Of a stretch of 64,000 nucleotides of DNA, positions 1 through 20,595 are shown piece after piece; the first letter of the stretch is position 1, and the number at the start of each line of letters is the position of its first letter. Source of the stretch: Chrysomallon squamiferum (lineage: Eukaryota; Animalia; Mollusca); assembly GCA_012295275.1 (NCBI GenBank), contig CM022671.1, positions 25,916,001 through 25,980,000 on the forward strand, in the 5' to 3' direction. The notes below the pieces were generated by a model, which saw only the letters and a list, made by a program, of their open reading frames with translations, did not search any database and was not told the origin of the DNA. A program made the position numbers and the translations under genes.

Positions 1-17
1 TTACTCAGATTGCAAAC

Positions 18-7428
<7,411 letters not shown>

Positions 7429-7429
7429 T

Positions 7430-8011
7430 TCCCCTTTAAGCACACCGTCAGTGTGCCTGCGTTTTCTATGAATATGATCTATGTTTGCGTTGTACAAGAA
7501 CACAATAACTGCTTTAATACAAAAATGTGACGTATAAATGTTCACTTTTTCGACGCACACAAGTTAACAATCTGTACAGCATCACATTGCGAAAAATTAT
7601 CGTCCTTGATTGCCAATCCGGTGTTAAAGGTGAAAATTCCTTATTAAAAGTAAGATATTCTTTGATTAGTGTAATAAATTTTGTTGTTTTATGTCAGCTA
7701 ATAATATTTTCGGACACTAATAATTCAGCTTAGAATAAAAGACATATATTAGTTATTGTCTGGTATTCAGTAACAAAATGAGTGAGATTATTGATAATAA
7801 AATATTTGGACAACATAAAACCTTTGGCTTCGAAATACCTTTGGCTGTAGATAGGTATAGATATATCTGTAATGACCTAGCCAGAATATTGCTTTATGTA
7901 GCATACCACACTGAAATTACACTGAAATATCACCATGTTAACAGTCTACTGCTTATAAATCTTACATCACTAAATTTATTAAAAGAGACGATCCATTATA
8001 TTATAATAATA

Positions 8012-8055
<44 letters not shown>

Positions 8056-8994
8056 TGCGATGATAACATTTAATTAGTGATACTGAATATTTTAAAATAA
8101 TCCCATTGAATATTATATAGCGTCAACTGTGGGATAGAACTACACGGGTAAAAGTTTAGTTGACACTAATTTTGATCCAATCGTGTTATCTTTTACATAA
8201 AACCCTGTTTTCAAGAATATGGCGCCGAGTGGATTTCCCCATTAGACTATATACATCATTACATGCTTTAGAAAATAGGACGAACTAATTTTCATTATTA
8301 TTTTGTACGACAGGTTTTTAATCTGAATATTTAAATTACATGTTGCTGTTAATTTGATAACTGTTTATTAAAAACCCTAAGAGTTGTTGCATTTTTAGCT
8401 TTATCTAGCAGATCATCATGTGAAAGTAGCGAAAACGATAGTAATTTTAAACTTTTACAGATTTCTGTTCATCATTCAGACATTGAATTAGTAAGTTAGT
8501 TGTGTTATTCGGTAATACTAATTTTGCATTATCTATATACGAATTTTAGTAATGGAAAATGCACTTACATTGTCTGAAATTATTGCGATAATACTTACAA
8601 GAAATGAAGTCGGCCGAGGCTTCTGAACTTTTCGGCCTTCAGGAGTGCTTGACATCTTTTTTCTTTTAACTTTTTCTCCTTTTTTTTGTTGAAATTGTTT
8701 AATTTTAATGTTTTTATTTTAATTTTTAGTAGGTCTTAAACTTTTATCTACGTCGTGCAAAACCCAGATTTCCTCAGATGAATTGTTATTTCTTGCTACT
8801 TAACATCATCACAATGTCCGACGTCATTTATTTACTGTTTACAATTGTTTTTATTTATTTATTTGTTTATTTGTTTATTATTATTATTGTTATTATCATC
8901 ATTATTATTATTATTATTATTTGTTATTATTGTATTTATTAGTAAGAAAGCAAAACTGAAATTGGTTGAATATAAAATTTTGTTTTCAAAGCAG
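7430..8994. promoter_or_regulatory. Divergent (probably bidirectional) promoter and 5'UTR region between USP19 and CBLL1
   Basis: The two ATGs point away from each other about 1.57 kb apart. Local CpG enrichment near 7390-7620 and 8120-8230, and a YY1-like AATATGGCG at about 8216-8224. Possible 30-nt CBLL1 UTR exon at 8461-8490 (TTTTACAG | ... | GTAAGT). Confidence 0.5.
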
Positions 8995-8999
8995 GAATT

Positions 9000-11900
9000 A
9001 TGACTGGTAAAGCTAGGGGGAGGGGCCGTGGTAGGGGAAGAGGTCGAGGGCGTGGAAGGAAAACAGGGTCTTCAAGCCAGGAGACTGAACCTGAACCTAC
9101 ACCAGAACCCGAACCAGAGAATCAAAATACACAAGGTATGTTACATCTGTGTTACTAGATTTCGTCATACTGTTCACCTTACTTTTTTATGAAGATACAG
9201 AAGAAAGGGAAAATAACTGTTTGTAACATCTCCACATGTATGTTTTCCATTTTAGTCACTAAAAGAAGACATACTGAATGGCATACACAATTGGTATACA
9301 AGCTTAGTGCCTTTGTGATACAGATAGTCTTAAACATGTAATTAATATATTTCCAAATTTTCGTTTATGGTAAAGTAAGAAAATAAAATAAAAATTTATT
9401 ATATTTTAAAATACATTTATTTATTTTCCTAACAAAATTTGTACAGATAGTTCTATAATGATTGACAACACCAATGTTTTGCATTGATTTTACCCAGAAT
9501 CTCTCTCTCTTATTTTCTTTTGTTTTTTTACATAGTGTTTATATTTACAAAATAATGTCATAGTAAAATTAAAAGAAGAATGTTAGCCTCTAAATTTTGT
9601 CATTAAACTGCCAGAATTATTGTAGTAACTGAGCAGTATAGAAAATGTATTTTTACACCATTTGTTTACCTCATCATAGGTATATTATATAATTTTCAGG
9701 AATATTTTTTTTACAAAACTGCTTACTGATTAGTCTGATAACAGTATTAGTTTTATTTGTTTGTTGACTTGAATGTAATGAATATGAACATACATATATG
9801 TGTGTGTGTTTTTCCCTGTTTTTTTTTTCTCATTGTGAATATAGAGTATCATGGGTTTTGTTTCATTTTTAAAAATGTTAAGTGTACTGTACACTGTTTC
9901 AGAAGAATCTGAGGAAAGCTGTGATGAACTGCTACAAGAACCTCCACCAATCTTTAAGACATCGTTTCCACCAGAACCTGTTCATCAGAACCAACGCCTA
10001 CGATGGGACCATAAAGTGTGTGCTGTTTGTAATGTATAATGTATTATTTAACTATTGTATGTTAGCTGATGGAATGTTGCTGTTGTTGTTGTTGTTGTTT
10101 AACTCATGTGCATATAAAAATATGTGACCAGTATCTATTTAAAAAGGGATGAGTTTGTATTTTTTAAAATGCCTTGTTGTTCTTAATTAAAGATTTTTGT
10201 TGTTGTTATTATTAAGTTTATTTATAAGATATTGAACTGGAAACATTCTGTAACATACAAGATAAATTTTTAATATTTTTTAAAACTTATATGTAAGGCT
10301 TCTTCCTTAAAAATGATTATCTTCATATATCATGAATTTAGTTCGAAGATTAAAATTTGTTTCAAACTTATAAATGCAAACAAGTTTCTGGTTGACTATT
10401 TTTTATTATTATTTTTTTTTTTATAAAGTTTACAAATTATTTTCTTAGTATTATTATTATTATTATTTTATCTTCTCTTTTTATCGTTATTGTATATTAT
10501 TGTTATTATAACAGGTTCATTTGATTGGTGAGAAGGTTGTTGATCCATTGATACACTGCTGTGAAAGATGTACTCTACCTATTCTTATCTATGGGCGATT
10601 GGTGAGTTTTGTTTCTATTAAAATTAAACTTAATTTATTTATTAATTATTTAAGGAATTTATTAGTTATCCAGCAACAAATGAGTGATACTTTTCCTAGA
10701 AATAGTTTGGATTTCCACAAAAGCAGTCATTAAGAATCTTCAGACAAGAGCTTTATCAGTTATCCTTAGAATTCTGGTATTTTACTATTACCTTTAATTA
10801 TATTTTAGTATACAATAATTAATTAATGTATATGATTATTTCTATTTTTTGGAAGAAATTGCATGGGTATATTATAATTCCAAAGAAAAGGATTAAAATA
10901 TGTTGTTTTGAATGACCAGCATTATGTGTAAAGACAAACCTTTTAAAATATTATAATTTCAGTAAAACAGAAATGTTTTATTTCCAGCACAAGAAATGAA
11001 AACAGAAATATTCAGTTATCTTAAATTTGAGATATATTAAGAAGTTGTCACCAACCGTTCTAATTAATCTTAAATTTGAGATACATTAAGAAGTTGTCAC
11101 CAACCGTTCTAATTATCATCAGGTTTTATAACAGTGTTGAAAAAAGATTAAATCTGATTGCATTTGATCAGTGCAAAATTACAGACACTGTTTAGGCAAA
11201 AATGTAATTTAACTTTTGTATTAAATGGTTTAAAATTAAATACCTCTCTGTTTGGTTTTAGATTCCCTGCAAGCATGTATTTTGCTTTGATTGTGCAAGA
11301 AAGACAGAAAAAAAATGTACACGGTTAGTCAACCATTTTTGTTTCAGATAATTTATTGGCATTTAGGAAATCCTTTTTATTTATTTGTAAAACTTGTTCA
11401 AGTTGAAAGTAAAATTTTATTCACCTGTTTATTTTTTGTTATATTAAATTCAGAAAAGTTATTTTTTTCATATTCTGGTAGATGTTTTAACAATTCTGTT
11501 CAGTAAAAGCACATTACATAAGACCTCATTAGATGTTTCTTTGATGTTGGATTTATTTATTGATGGGTTTGAATGGTAATCTGTCATAGTGTAACTGAAA
11601 CGTTTTTCAATTCTTTCCAGCTTGCTTTGTTTATATATGTTAAAAAAACATTTGACTGAGGTTGGATTAGTAAGTCGACAAAAGATGTAAAATAGAAATC
11701 TAAAAAAATTGAACTGACCCGTCAGACATATGTAAACAATGAAATGTTTTTGTTTTGTTCTTCTAGATGTGATGATCCTGTTCAACGTATAGAACAGTCA
11801 GCTTTAGGCACTGTGTTTATTTGTACATACGGAGCACCAAAACACACATCATCAGGCTGCAGACGGACTTACCTCTCTCAGAGAGACTTGGACTCACACA

Positions 11901-12984
11901 TTGCTCACCGACATCTGAAGAAGTCTGAACCTTCAAAACCTTCTTCCAGTGACAAGCCTCATCATCATCACACACCATTCATTTCAACCAGCCACCAGGC
12001 TATGACATCATCCAGCCATCAGACAGTGAGCACAGCCAGCCATCACACAGCAATCACCAGCCACCAGCCCATGGAAGTACAGCAGTCTCCCAGCGTTCCA
12101 CAGAGACAGGTTGTGGATCAGGGAGTATACAGACCTCTAGATGGAGCTTCACTGGTCCAGCCTCGTGTTTCAGTGCCTGGCCTTGTTCCACAGTTGCCTG
12201 TGTCTCATCCTCAGCTGCTTCAGCCTCCACCTCAGACTCTGCAGGTTTCACTGCCTCAGGGTCTGTCAGGAGTAATGACTACTATTGAAAGTTATCAGAC
12301 TTCAACAATCCCAGTAATGGCAGGCAGCAGGACCAATCTAATAACTGTTCCAATCCAGGAAGGATCAAATGTAGATAAGTATCAGACTAGCTATGTACCT
12401 GGTAATGTGTATCCTGGACACCTGGCTAACACCATTCCACCAGCAGGATTTGGAATGCCACTCGCTCATTTAAATCCTATGAGACAACCTTTCCCTCCCT
12501 CGTCAATGGCTGCAGCCATGCATCAGGTTGCTCCATCTTCTTACGGCCAGGCAATAAGCCAGGGCCCGTCTTTGTTTTCATCATCAACACTGCCACTCAG
12601 TGTAGGACATTCCCAGCATCCTGTCCCTGTGTCTCGCTCTCACACAGCCCCTCCAGGCTCTATTCCTCACCAAATTCCGGGTGCTGTTCTTCCACCCATG
12701 TCCAACACACTTACAGGACATATGTCAGGTCCCCCTCCACATGTAGGAATTCCAGGACCCAAGGCACCCGGCAGCCATCTCAACCTCCTCCAAGGTTTTC
12801 GAGTCCCCATGGACACTTTGATGAAAGTCTAGTTCTCCCATTTAATCAGCCTGGGAGTCCAAGGATGCACTGGACTGCTCCTCCAACACGAGGTCCTCCT
12901 CCAGGGTCTAGTGTTACCCAGATGCAGCATCCACCCACCCAGCGACCTCAGGGTGACTCAGGGCCTTTTGGTCAGTACTATTAA
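9000..12984 (+). CDS. CBLL1: E3 ubiquitin ligase Hakai (m6A writer complex accessory subunit); apparent -1 frameshift near 12758
   Basis: Exons 9000-9135 ([23 protein letters not shown] run as in Drosophila Hakai), 9903-10015 (..[16 protein letters not shown]), 10515-10601 ([29 protein letters not shown]), 11262-11323 ([20 protein letters not shown]), then 11767 onward ([39 protein letters not shown]). This gives RING plus HYB/C2H2, followed by a Pro/His/Gln-rich tail. As assembled it stops at 12832; the Hakai-like tail ending ..GPFGQYY* is in the -1 frame and stops at 12984. Confidence 0.95.
11018..11115. repeat. 49-bp tandem duplication in a CBLL1 intron
   Basis: ATCTTAAATTTGAGATA(T/C)ATTAAGAAGTTGTCACCAACCGTTCTAATTA occurs twice with 1 mismatch. 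Confidence 0.9.
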
Positions 12985-13216
12985 AACTAGCAAAATACTG
13001 AGGAAAATATACTTGTTTTAATATGTGTTTATCTTTAATGTTGAAAGAATTCTGTTATGCATTATTTCATTTTTTTTAACATAGTTATTAATGCTTGTTA
13101 GAAAAAGCCCTCTGTTTAAAAAGTGAATTGCAGCATTCAGTTTGTGACTGTATATAGTATGTTATTTGTTTGGGTTTTTTCTGTTTTTATTTTGGAAGGG
13201 TGAAATTCCTTTTTAT

Positions 13217-13252
<36 letters not shown>

Positions 13253-14527
13253 CTTCCTTAAACAATTTGTTTTAGCTAATTTGAATATAAAATTTGAATT
13301 ATTTGACACTTGTCAAAAAAATAAATATTTTAAGTGTTCAGATGAAAGTACCTCAGATTAAAAGACGACTTTTTCCAAGAAGAATTCATGAAAGATGAAA
13401 AAAGAAAAAAAAAACTTTTTAGATGTTTTAAGTTTCAAATTTTCACATTTTATAAAGATAAAGCTTTTCAAAGGATTTATAATTTGAAAAATTGTCTTTT
13501 GTAGTTATTTTGTTTGTTTACCTGTACAGTGATGGAGATAAGAGGCATATTATTATATTAAATAAATAAACAAATGAAGCCAATTCTTTATAGAATTAGC
13601 ATTCTTTGGCACTAGCAGAATAATTATATGGATGTTTTTTCAACACTGATAAATACAAAACCTAACTGATTTTTTTACTTCACCTTCCCACCTTAATTCA
13701 GAAAATATTTTTCGCATATATTTTTCTCCAATTGATTGTTGTTTTAAGAAAATAATTTTTGAAATAATTGAGTCAGAAATTGATAACGTGCAGGTGGATT
13801 AAAGAAAAAAAAAAACACAAAAAAGGGGAGATAATGACTTACATACTGATAGACAGAAAACGGATACCGTACATCCTTGTATAGGAGTGTAGGCATTTCC
13901 TTTATTACTAATTTCCTAATCTATTGCCATTTTTACAAATAAAAATCTCACTGAATAAGTTATGTAACATCCTTTTGTTAATTACCTAAAAATGCTTTTT
14001 ACTTTTTATAAGGAATGTATGGCATTGAAAAACAAAATCTTTCATAAACAAGACCACAAAACAGACTTCGAATGTAATGCATTCCTTTGCCTTAATATTT
14101 ACATTATATTATGATTAAATTAAAACGAGTTATTTATTTAAATCTATTTATTGTGTAAATACAAGACATAATACAAAATGCATATCAAGTTAATTATGAT
14201 TGATTTGTATCTGTTCCTTTCATAACATATTTTTTGAAAATTATGAAACACACAGACAGACACTTATATACATGAAACAGCCAATAATTGAATTCTGATC
14301 AGAGCCTTTAGAAATGAACAGTGGAATTATAACTAAAAGCATCAAAATTGCATTTATTTGTCTGTCAAAAATGGAAAAAGAAAAAAAAAATTATGAATTA
14401 AAATTGTGTGACTGAATATTGGTTCTCGCTTCTAATAAACATACAATGCTTAAAATCTTAGTGTTTACAGTTTAGACTGCTAAGCAACATATTTTAATGT
14501 TTATAATTATAGTTGAATTTATTGCAG

Positions 14528-14571
<44 letters not shown>

Positions 14572-14674
14572 CATGGTTACAAATTCAAAGTATTTAACAG
14601 ATTAACTGGAAAGACTGAAAATGATTTGAAATTATTTCAAATGTTGAACTTACATGCATATTGTGAATGACAAA

Positions 14675-14710
14675 AATAAATGTTTTATGTTGAAAATGTG
14701 TTTGTTTTTA
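14675..14710 (+). terminator. Candidate CBLL1 polyadenylation signal
   Basis: AATAAA at 14675-14680 followed about 17 nt later by GT/T-rich TGTGTTTGTTTTT. Other AATAAA hexamers exist upstream. Confidence 0.4.
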
Positions 14711-14994
14711 TTTAAATGGAATATTTAAATTAAATTACAGTTTCGTTTTCAGTGTGTGTATGTATATACCTGTACATATCTTCATAATGAATAAAAAATC
14801 TTGTTTGCTCTGATGTTGAAATTCTTCAAATTATATGTTTATGGTGATCCCATGAAAACTAAGCATAACAAATCCACATAGCATGTAAAAGTCTTCTGTT
14901 CACTATTGCAAGGTCCAGTAAAACACTGAAAATCAGAATGAAATAAAAGAATTCTTGGAAATGGTACATGATTTCCCTAAACTCATGGAATGTA

Positions 14995-15052
<58 letters not shown>

Positions 15053-15159
15053 CGATCCATAGCTATGAAAATAAAATCTTATAAATGTTAATAATGATTT
15101 CAAAACAAGTCATTTTAGCCATTAAATATTAAAAGATTACAAAATTATCCAAAAATATT

Positions 15160-15640
15160 ATTTATTTCTGAAATCTCTAAAAAAAAATAGTAATAACTGA
15201 AAGCTCAAAATATTTATTACTCAAATCTATAAAAAATAATGTTTTTATAACGGAAAGCTCGTAAAAAGTTATTAATAAAATCTCAAAAAAAACACCCCAA
15301 AAAACCCCTTTTCAAAACATTGAAATCTATAAAAATATTTTTTATAACTGAAAGCTCAAAAAATAATTTATTATTAATTACTGAAATCTGTAAAAAAAAA
15401 ATTAATTGAAATTATTTTATTATAACAAGCTCAAAAAGATTATTTATTATTGAAATCTCAAAAAAAAAAAAAAAAAAAAAAATTTATAACTGGAACTTCA
15501 TAAATTTTATTTACATTGAAATCTTAAAAAAAAAAAAAAAAAAATTTATAATTGAAAGATCAAAAAGTTATTTATTGTGGAAATCTCTGAAAAAAATATA
15601 AATGATTTATTACTGAAGGCTCACAAAATTATTTTTATCC
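15160..15640. repeat. Degenerate ~55-65 bp tandem array
   Basis: About 7 recurrences of ATAACTGAAAGCTCAAAA..TATTTATTA(C/T)TGAAATCTC(T)AAAAAAA with variable A tracts. Confidence 0.8.
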
Positions 15641-16793
15641 TCCAAAAGAACTCAAAAACCAACAGAATTATTTTAACCATAGGAAGATGTCTTCTGTTGA
15701 ACAAGCAACTGCAATATTCTGGTGATGGACAATAATTGGACTTAACATTAATAATTATCAGACATTGTTAAGTATGAAAAACATGTTGTCTTCCCCACAC
15801 AAATATTTTCTAATAGTTATTATTACTGCTATATAACCTGCCTATTCTACAGACATACATTAGGTATTGATATCATACAGACTGGAACTTGAGAAATATT
15901 ATAACAAAATCCAAGGCTTATAAATAATATACATTTCTGTTTAAATGGGGAAATGCTTTATATGTGTAATATGACAGTATGTTGTTTTCCTAGTTTTTCA
16001 TTTTGTTACTACTCAAAAGTATGTCTTTTCTTTAGGTTTCTGTGTTTATGATTATGTGTATATGTGTGTGCATATATAAGCATACACACACACACATTTT
16101 TTTTTTTTTTTTTTAATGTATTGAAATAATGGCATTATATTTATCAATTTTCTTTTTTAATTGTTAATATTTTTTTATTTGTTATTAACCAATGTATGAA
16201 AAAGAGAAGAAAAAAGTTAATTATTACATGATGTGTCAGTAAACTACTTTAAATTTTGATATATCTATAAAACTGCTAAGTAAATAAAGAAACTTTCTAC
16301 CTCAGTTTATTAGCTTGATAAAGTTAGTACCTGATACAGTTGTATTTGTTTAAGTTATTGTGAGTGTTTGGAATTTTGAAAAACCAAAAGAGTTTACACT
16401 GTGACTTGTATTACTAAAACTAAATTCAAAAATTGCTCTTGGAAACAGAATGGGAATCTAGTTAAGCCTGTCAGTTTATTTCAGACCCTCAAAACAATCA
16501 CTGCTAATTAACCAGTTTCCTGTTGGGCTTTTCATGCCTGTTGATAAAGTGAAGTGTTAATTACACATCTCCATGTCAACAAGGTACGTGATACACACAT
16601 TAGTAAACTGTTCGCGCCTCAGTGAAAACTAAAACTACATTAATTAAACAACTACTAAGACTTGTTTCATACATTAATGCTACACTGCATACCGTATTGG
16701 ATTTCAGATCAGTGCTGATTTTGTCTGATTAGTTCAGGCAACAATGCTCAATTAAGTGCTGGATGATTGACATGGGGTCTTGTACACACACTT

Positions 16794-16831
<38 letters not shown>

Positions 16832-16857
16832 GCAGGTTGTAACTTTCAATGTTCTTT

Positions 16858-17062
16858 CTGATTGGTTAGTTACAGCAGGTATATTGTGACATGAGGCAGG
16901 AGTAAAGCTTGTGGTATGGTAGTTGGAGGATATTTATCTCACTGTGCAGTATAGAGGGGCCACTGCATTAAGTTGTTAAGGATTTGGACTTAATCTTCTC
17001 CAGCGGTGTGTGTTAAAAAAGAAAAAAAAGGCAAACAGTTAGCTCCAGTGCAGAAGGTGAGT
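16858..17062 (+). promoter_or_regulatory. Putative promoter and non-coding first exon of the acidic CaaX gene
   Basis: Reverse CCAAT (CTGATTGG, 16858-16865), TATA-like TATAGAG at about 16950, and a consensus donor AAG|GTGAGT at 17056/17057 followed by an AT-rich intron. The next strong acceptor with a Kozak ATG is at 28843. The link between them is inferred. Confidence 0.5.
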
Positions 17063-18338
17063 TATGCTTGTGGATTCAAAATTTTTTTTTTTTTTTTATA
17101 TATTAGATTTAATGTGAGTATTTCTTTTGAACTTATTATTAACTTTCTTATTTGTTTATTTATTTCTGAAAGTTTTCTTAAAGATTTTTTGGTGATTGCT
17201 TATAGTTATGAATTACTGCATTTATTAACCTTCAGCCAGTTTTAAAAACTTTTCACTCATAAAAAAGTATACTGATACAGCTGTTTTCAAAGAATCTGGT
17301 TATGATAATACAGCAGTTTTAACTAACACAAAACTTTATTATAAAATATTATTGATAATATTCTTTCTTATTCTCATAGTGATTATTATTGAGGTTTTTT
17401 ATTTTTATTTTATGATCTGTAATAGTAACTTATGAAAGAATTTTTGCAAATATAATTTTTCTTTCATTCTCTTGAATTTGTTTCAAGGGATTAGAGATAG
17501 CATAAGTTTGATAATAATTTATAAAGGAAATCTTTAAAAAAACAAAAACAAAAAAAAACATATGGCACATTGGTTCTGAGGTCTGGAACAAACCCCTGTC
17601 CCCATTTCACTGTTCATACTGAATATATGCTTTCAACATTTAAATATTTGTTCTCACTCCATGTTGCAAACCAACATTTCAGCTCTCATTCATCTTGATC
17701 CACTTATAATGAGTTTGTTAAATATTACTAATATAAGCATAATTCAATGTTAGTTTATGTACAAGTACGAACTGAAATGTCGGAAGGAAAGAAAATATTT
17801 ATATTCTTAAGTCTTCTGAATCTAAACAGCAGATCAATAGCCATTAACATGTATCAAAAAATTTATATTAATTTTAAACACAATATTTGTTAGACATTAG
17901 TGTTTTATATTACATGCCTGGTTTTATCTTTTAGTTTGTATGTTAGCCTGTGTATGTATGTATGTGTGTGTGTGTGTGTGTTTGTGTGTGACAAAAACAA
18001 AAAGTTATTTAATTATAAGACCTTGTTATATCTTGATAAAAAAACAACAACCAAAAAACAACAACAAACCAACATCTATATCATTCAGACTTCAGTTTTG
18101 TTTATCACTGAATAGTTTAATTTGCCAAAATAGACTTGAAACAATTTTACCATGACAGCAAAGTAACCTACATGTAGACTGTATTGTTGTTCATGTCTAA
18201 GTGAGACAGGAATATGAAGGACACATTATAAATAATAAACTCTGTATATCTAAATATACCTGTATTTCTATAAGCAGAAACCAATAACACGTGCATATAA
18301 TTATGTGAGTGTATACACAGACATATATATGAGTACAT

Positions 18339-18339
<1 letters not shown>

Positions 18340-18384
<45 letters not shown>

Positions 18385-18386
18385 AG

Positions 18387-18425
<39 letters not shown>

Positions 18426-18460
18426 TACACAAACACACAAACACATACATATACACACAC

Positions 18461-18497
<37 letters not shown>

Positions 18498-18550
18498 CAG
18501 AGATAATTAGATAGATATTTACATATGCATACATACATACATATATATAT
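18340..18550. repeat. Compound microsatellite (TA)n/(CA)n/(TG)n
   Basis: Directly visible; source of several spurious ORFs. Similar tracts occur at about 16795, 21050, 26253, 33425, 48680, 50623 and 52357. Confidence 0.9.
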
Positions 18551-19588
18551 TACATCATTTTTATGTTTTAGCTTAGTCATATTTCACGAATTATAAAAGA
18601 AATATCTCTGTCCATTCATTCTGTTTAAACAGCATTATTTACCAAATAACATGCATGAGCCTGTACAATATCTCTCTTTACATTTTACCAAATACTTATA
18701 TTTTACTGAAGGCCATTATATCAAATAGTTTACTTACAGTCAAGATGCCTAATGTTAAATATCCTATTAAGACCACTGGTATTTATTTTTTTTTTTTTTT
18801 TTTAAATATATAAAGAAAAGAAGAAAACCAACAAAAACAGAGTTTGAAGTTTATATATACTGGATACATATCATAGATTAGATAAGCATGTGTTTTTGAA
18901 AAACAAATATTTTAAAATATTTTACATATATGTATTATATAAACTATGTGTGTTCAGACAAAAGAGAAGCATATAATGAGAAGATGGATCAAAGCTTTGC
19001 ATATCACTCGTCTACATACTCGTGTTTTTTACAATACAGTTTTTACTGACACTTGCTTGTTCTCCAGCTAGAAAATCATTTTAATAGCATGTCTGCATGA
19101 TGGAACAAAAGATAAGATGTTTATTTAAAACGATATTACAGACGTTTTCTGCATGTGTGGTTGTTACAGTATTCAAAGACAAAAGGTAACTGATGTATAT
19201 TTGGTTTTAATTTTTTTTCTACAGATATCTTGTACGTGAGTTATAACAGAATTTTTCTAAACCAAATACATGCACTTTTTTCATTATTATTATTATTAGT
19301 AGTATTATTTTAAATAATTTAAGCAAAAGTGTGTGTTAAACCACAATTAAGAAATGTTACTTGTTTAAGTGATACAGGTTTGTAATATCATGGTTTCATG
19401 TTAACATGCTTTCAAAACATTTTCTTACAAAAAAAAGAAAGAAATGTATACATACACCCATATATACATGACTAAGGTTTTATACAAAAGAATACTGTTA
19501 TATGTTTTTTCACATGTTTTTATCTTTTTTCTGTGTTTTATCTGTAAGTCAGTTTACATGTCCAAAGTTTTAATATGGCAGTTTCCAG

Positions 19589-19905
19589 ACTCTGACTGGT
19601 TATTGGAATCAGACAGAAATGAAATAATACATGTCTCCATATTAAATGAAGGAATATTTGTCACAGTTTGTTATTAAGTATCAAACATTTGTGTTTATCA
19701 CTGATGGTACAAGAAAGCAAATCATTGATTCCATTTCATGAGTTACTCTGATTGGTTATTGGAATCAGACAGAAATGAAATAATAGATGTCTGCATATAA
19801 AACGAAGGAATATTTGTCACAGTTTGTTATTAAGTATCAAACATTTGTGTTTATCACTGACAGTACAAGAGAGCAAATTACTGATTCCATTTCATGAGTT
19901 ACTCT
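19589..19905. repeat. ~156-bp tandem duplication
   Basis: ACTCTGA(C/T)TGGTTATTGGAATCAGACAGAAATGAAATAATA...GATTCCATTTCATGAGTTACTCT occurs twice (starts 19589 and 19745) with high identity. Confidence 0.9.
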
Positions 19906-19929
19906 TAACAATTAACAGTAAAACTCTCT

Positions 19930-20080
19930 TTGATGTGCACCTACCCAAAGACAGGAAAACACATACCACAGCTTTTAATAAACTGGTTAAGGGAATGGGA
20001 AAAAGGCTTTATGTAAACTAATCATGTGTCTGGAATGGGAAATAGCCCAGTGAGGAGCACTGATCCTGCAAACTATCACA
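19930..20080 (+). mobile_element. Degenerate dispersed-repeat (SINE-like) fragment
   Basis: Shares CACATACCACAG.CTTT.ATAAAC...GG.ATGGGAAAT.GC.CAGTG with 22376-22430. From memory it resembles an abundant gastropod SINE-type repeat; not verified. Confidence 0.45.
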
Positions 20081-20557
20081 AACACTACAGTTGATTAAAG
20101 AATTTACTTGGTATCAACAGAACTGATTTTATTATTATTATTATTTTTCTTCATTTTATTTTATTTTTTTCTTTCTTTCTTTATTTATTGTAAATTATTA
20201 TATTTTTCTCTAACATGATTCATAAACATCACATGAATTGCCGTACCTTAGTTAAGATATTATGTAGGAGAATATTTTTCATTTAATTTTTTTTTTAATG
20301 TTTTGGAAGGCTGGATACGCATTCATTTTTAGTTACTAACTAGTTAAACTACTGCTGCAACAACATCATGTTAAATATAATAACAGATCAAGTCACAATA
20401 ACTGATTTTATCATATTAATATACATCAGGTTCAGTAATCTGTGGCTTATGACCTATGCGTGACTATTACAACTTTAAGGTATGGCTGACAGAAATATAG
20501 TGTCAGAATTCCTTTCTACATCACATTTAATACAAAAGTTCAATTCACACTTTAATT

Positions 20558-20595
<38 letters not shown>

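Noticed and set aside
8606-8640. GGCCGA..TCGGCC hairpin upstream of the CBLL1 coding exons
   Set aside because: The stem is too short to support an ncRNA call.
12743-12755. Tiny GT..AG intron (GTAGGAATTCCAG) as the fix for the Hakai frameshift
   Set aside because: 13 nt is too short, and removing it gives the wrong frame.
18168-18580. Overlapping CVCV/YIYI/HTHT ORFs (also near 21000, 33400, 50600, 52400 and 53800)
   Set aside because: Translations of dinucleotide and trinucleotide microsatellites.
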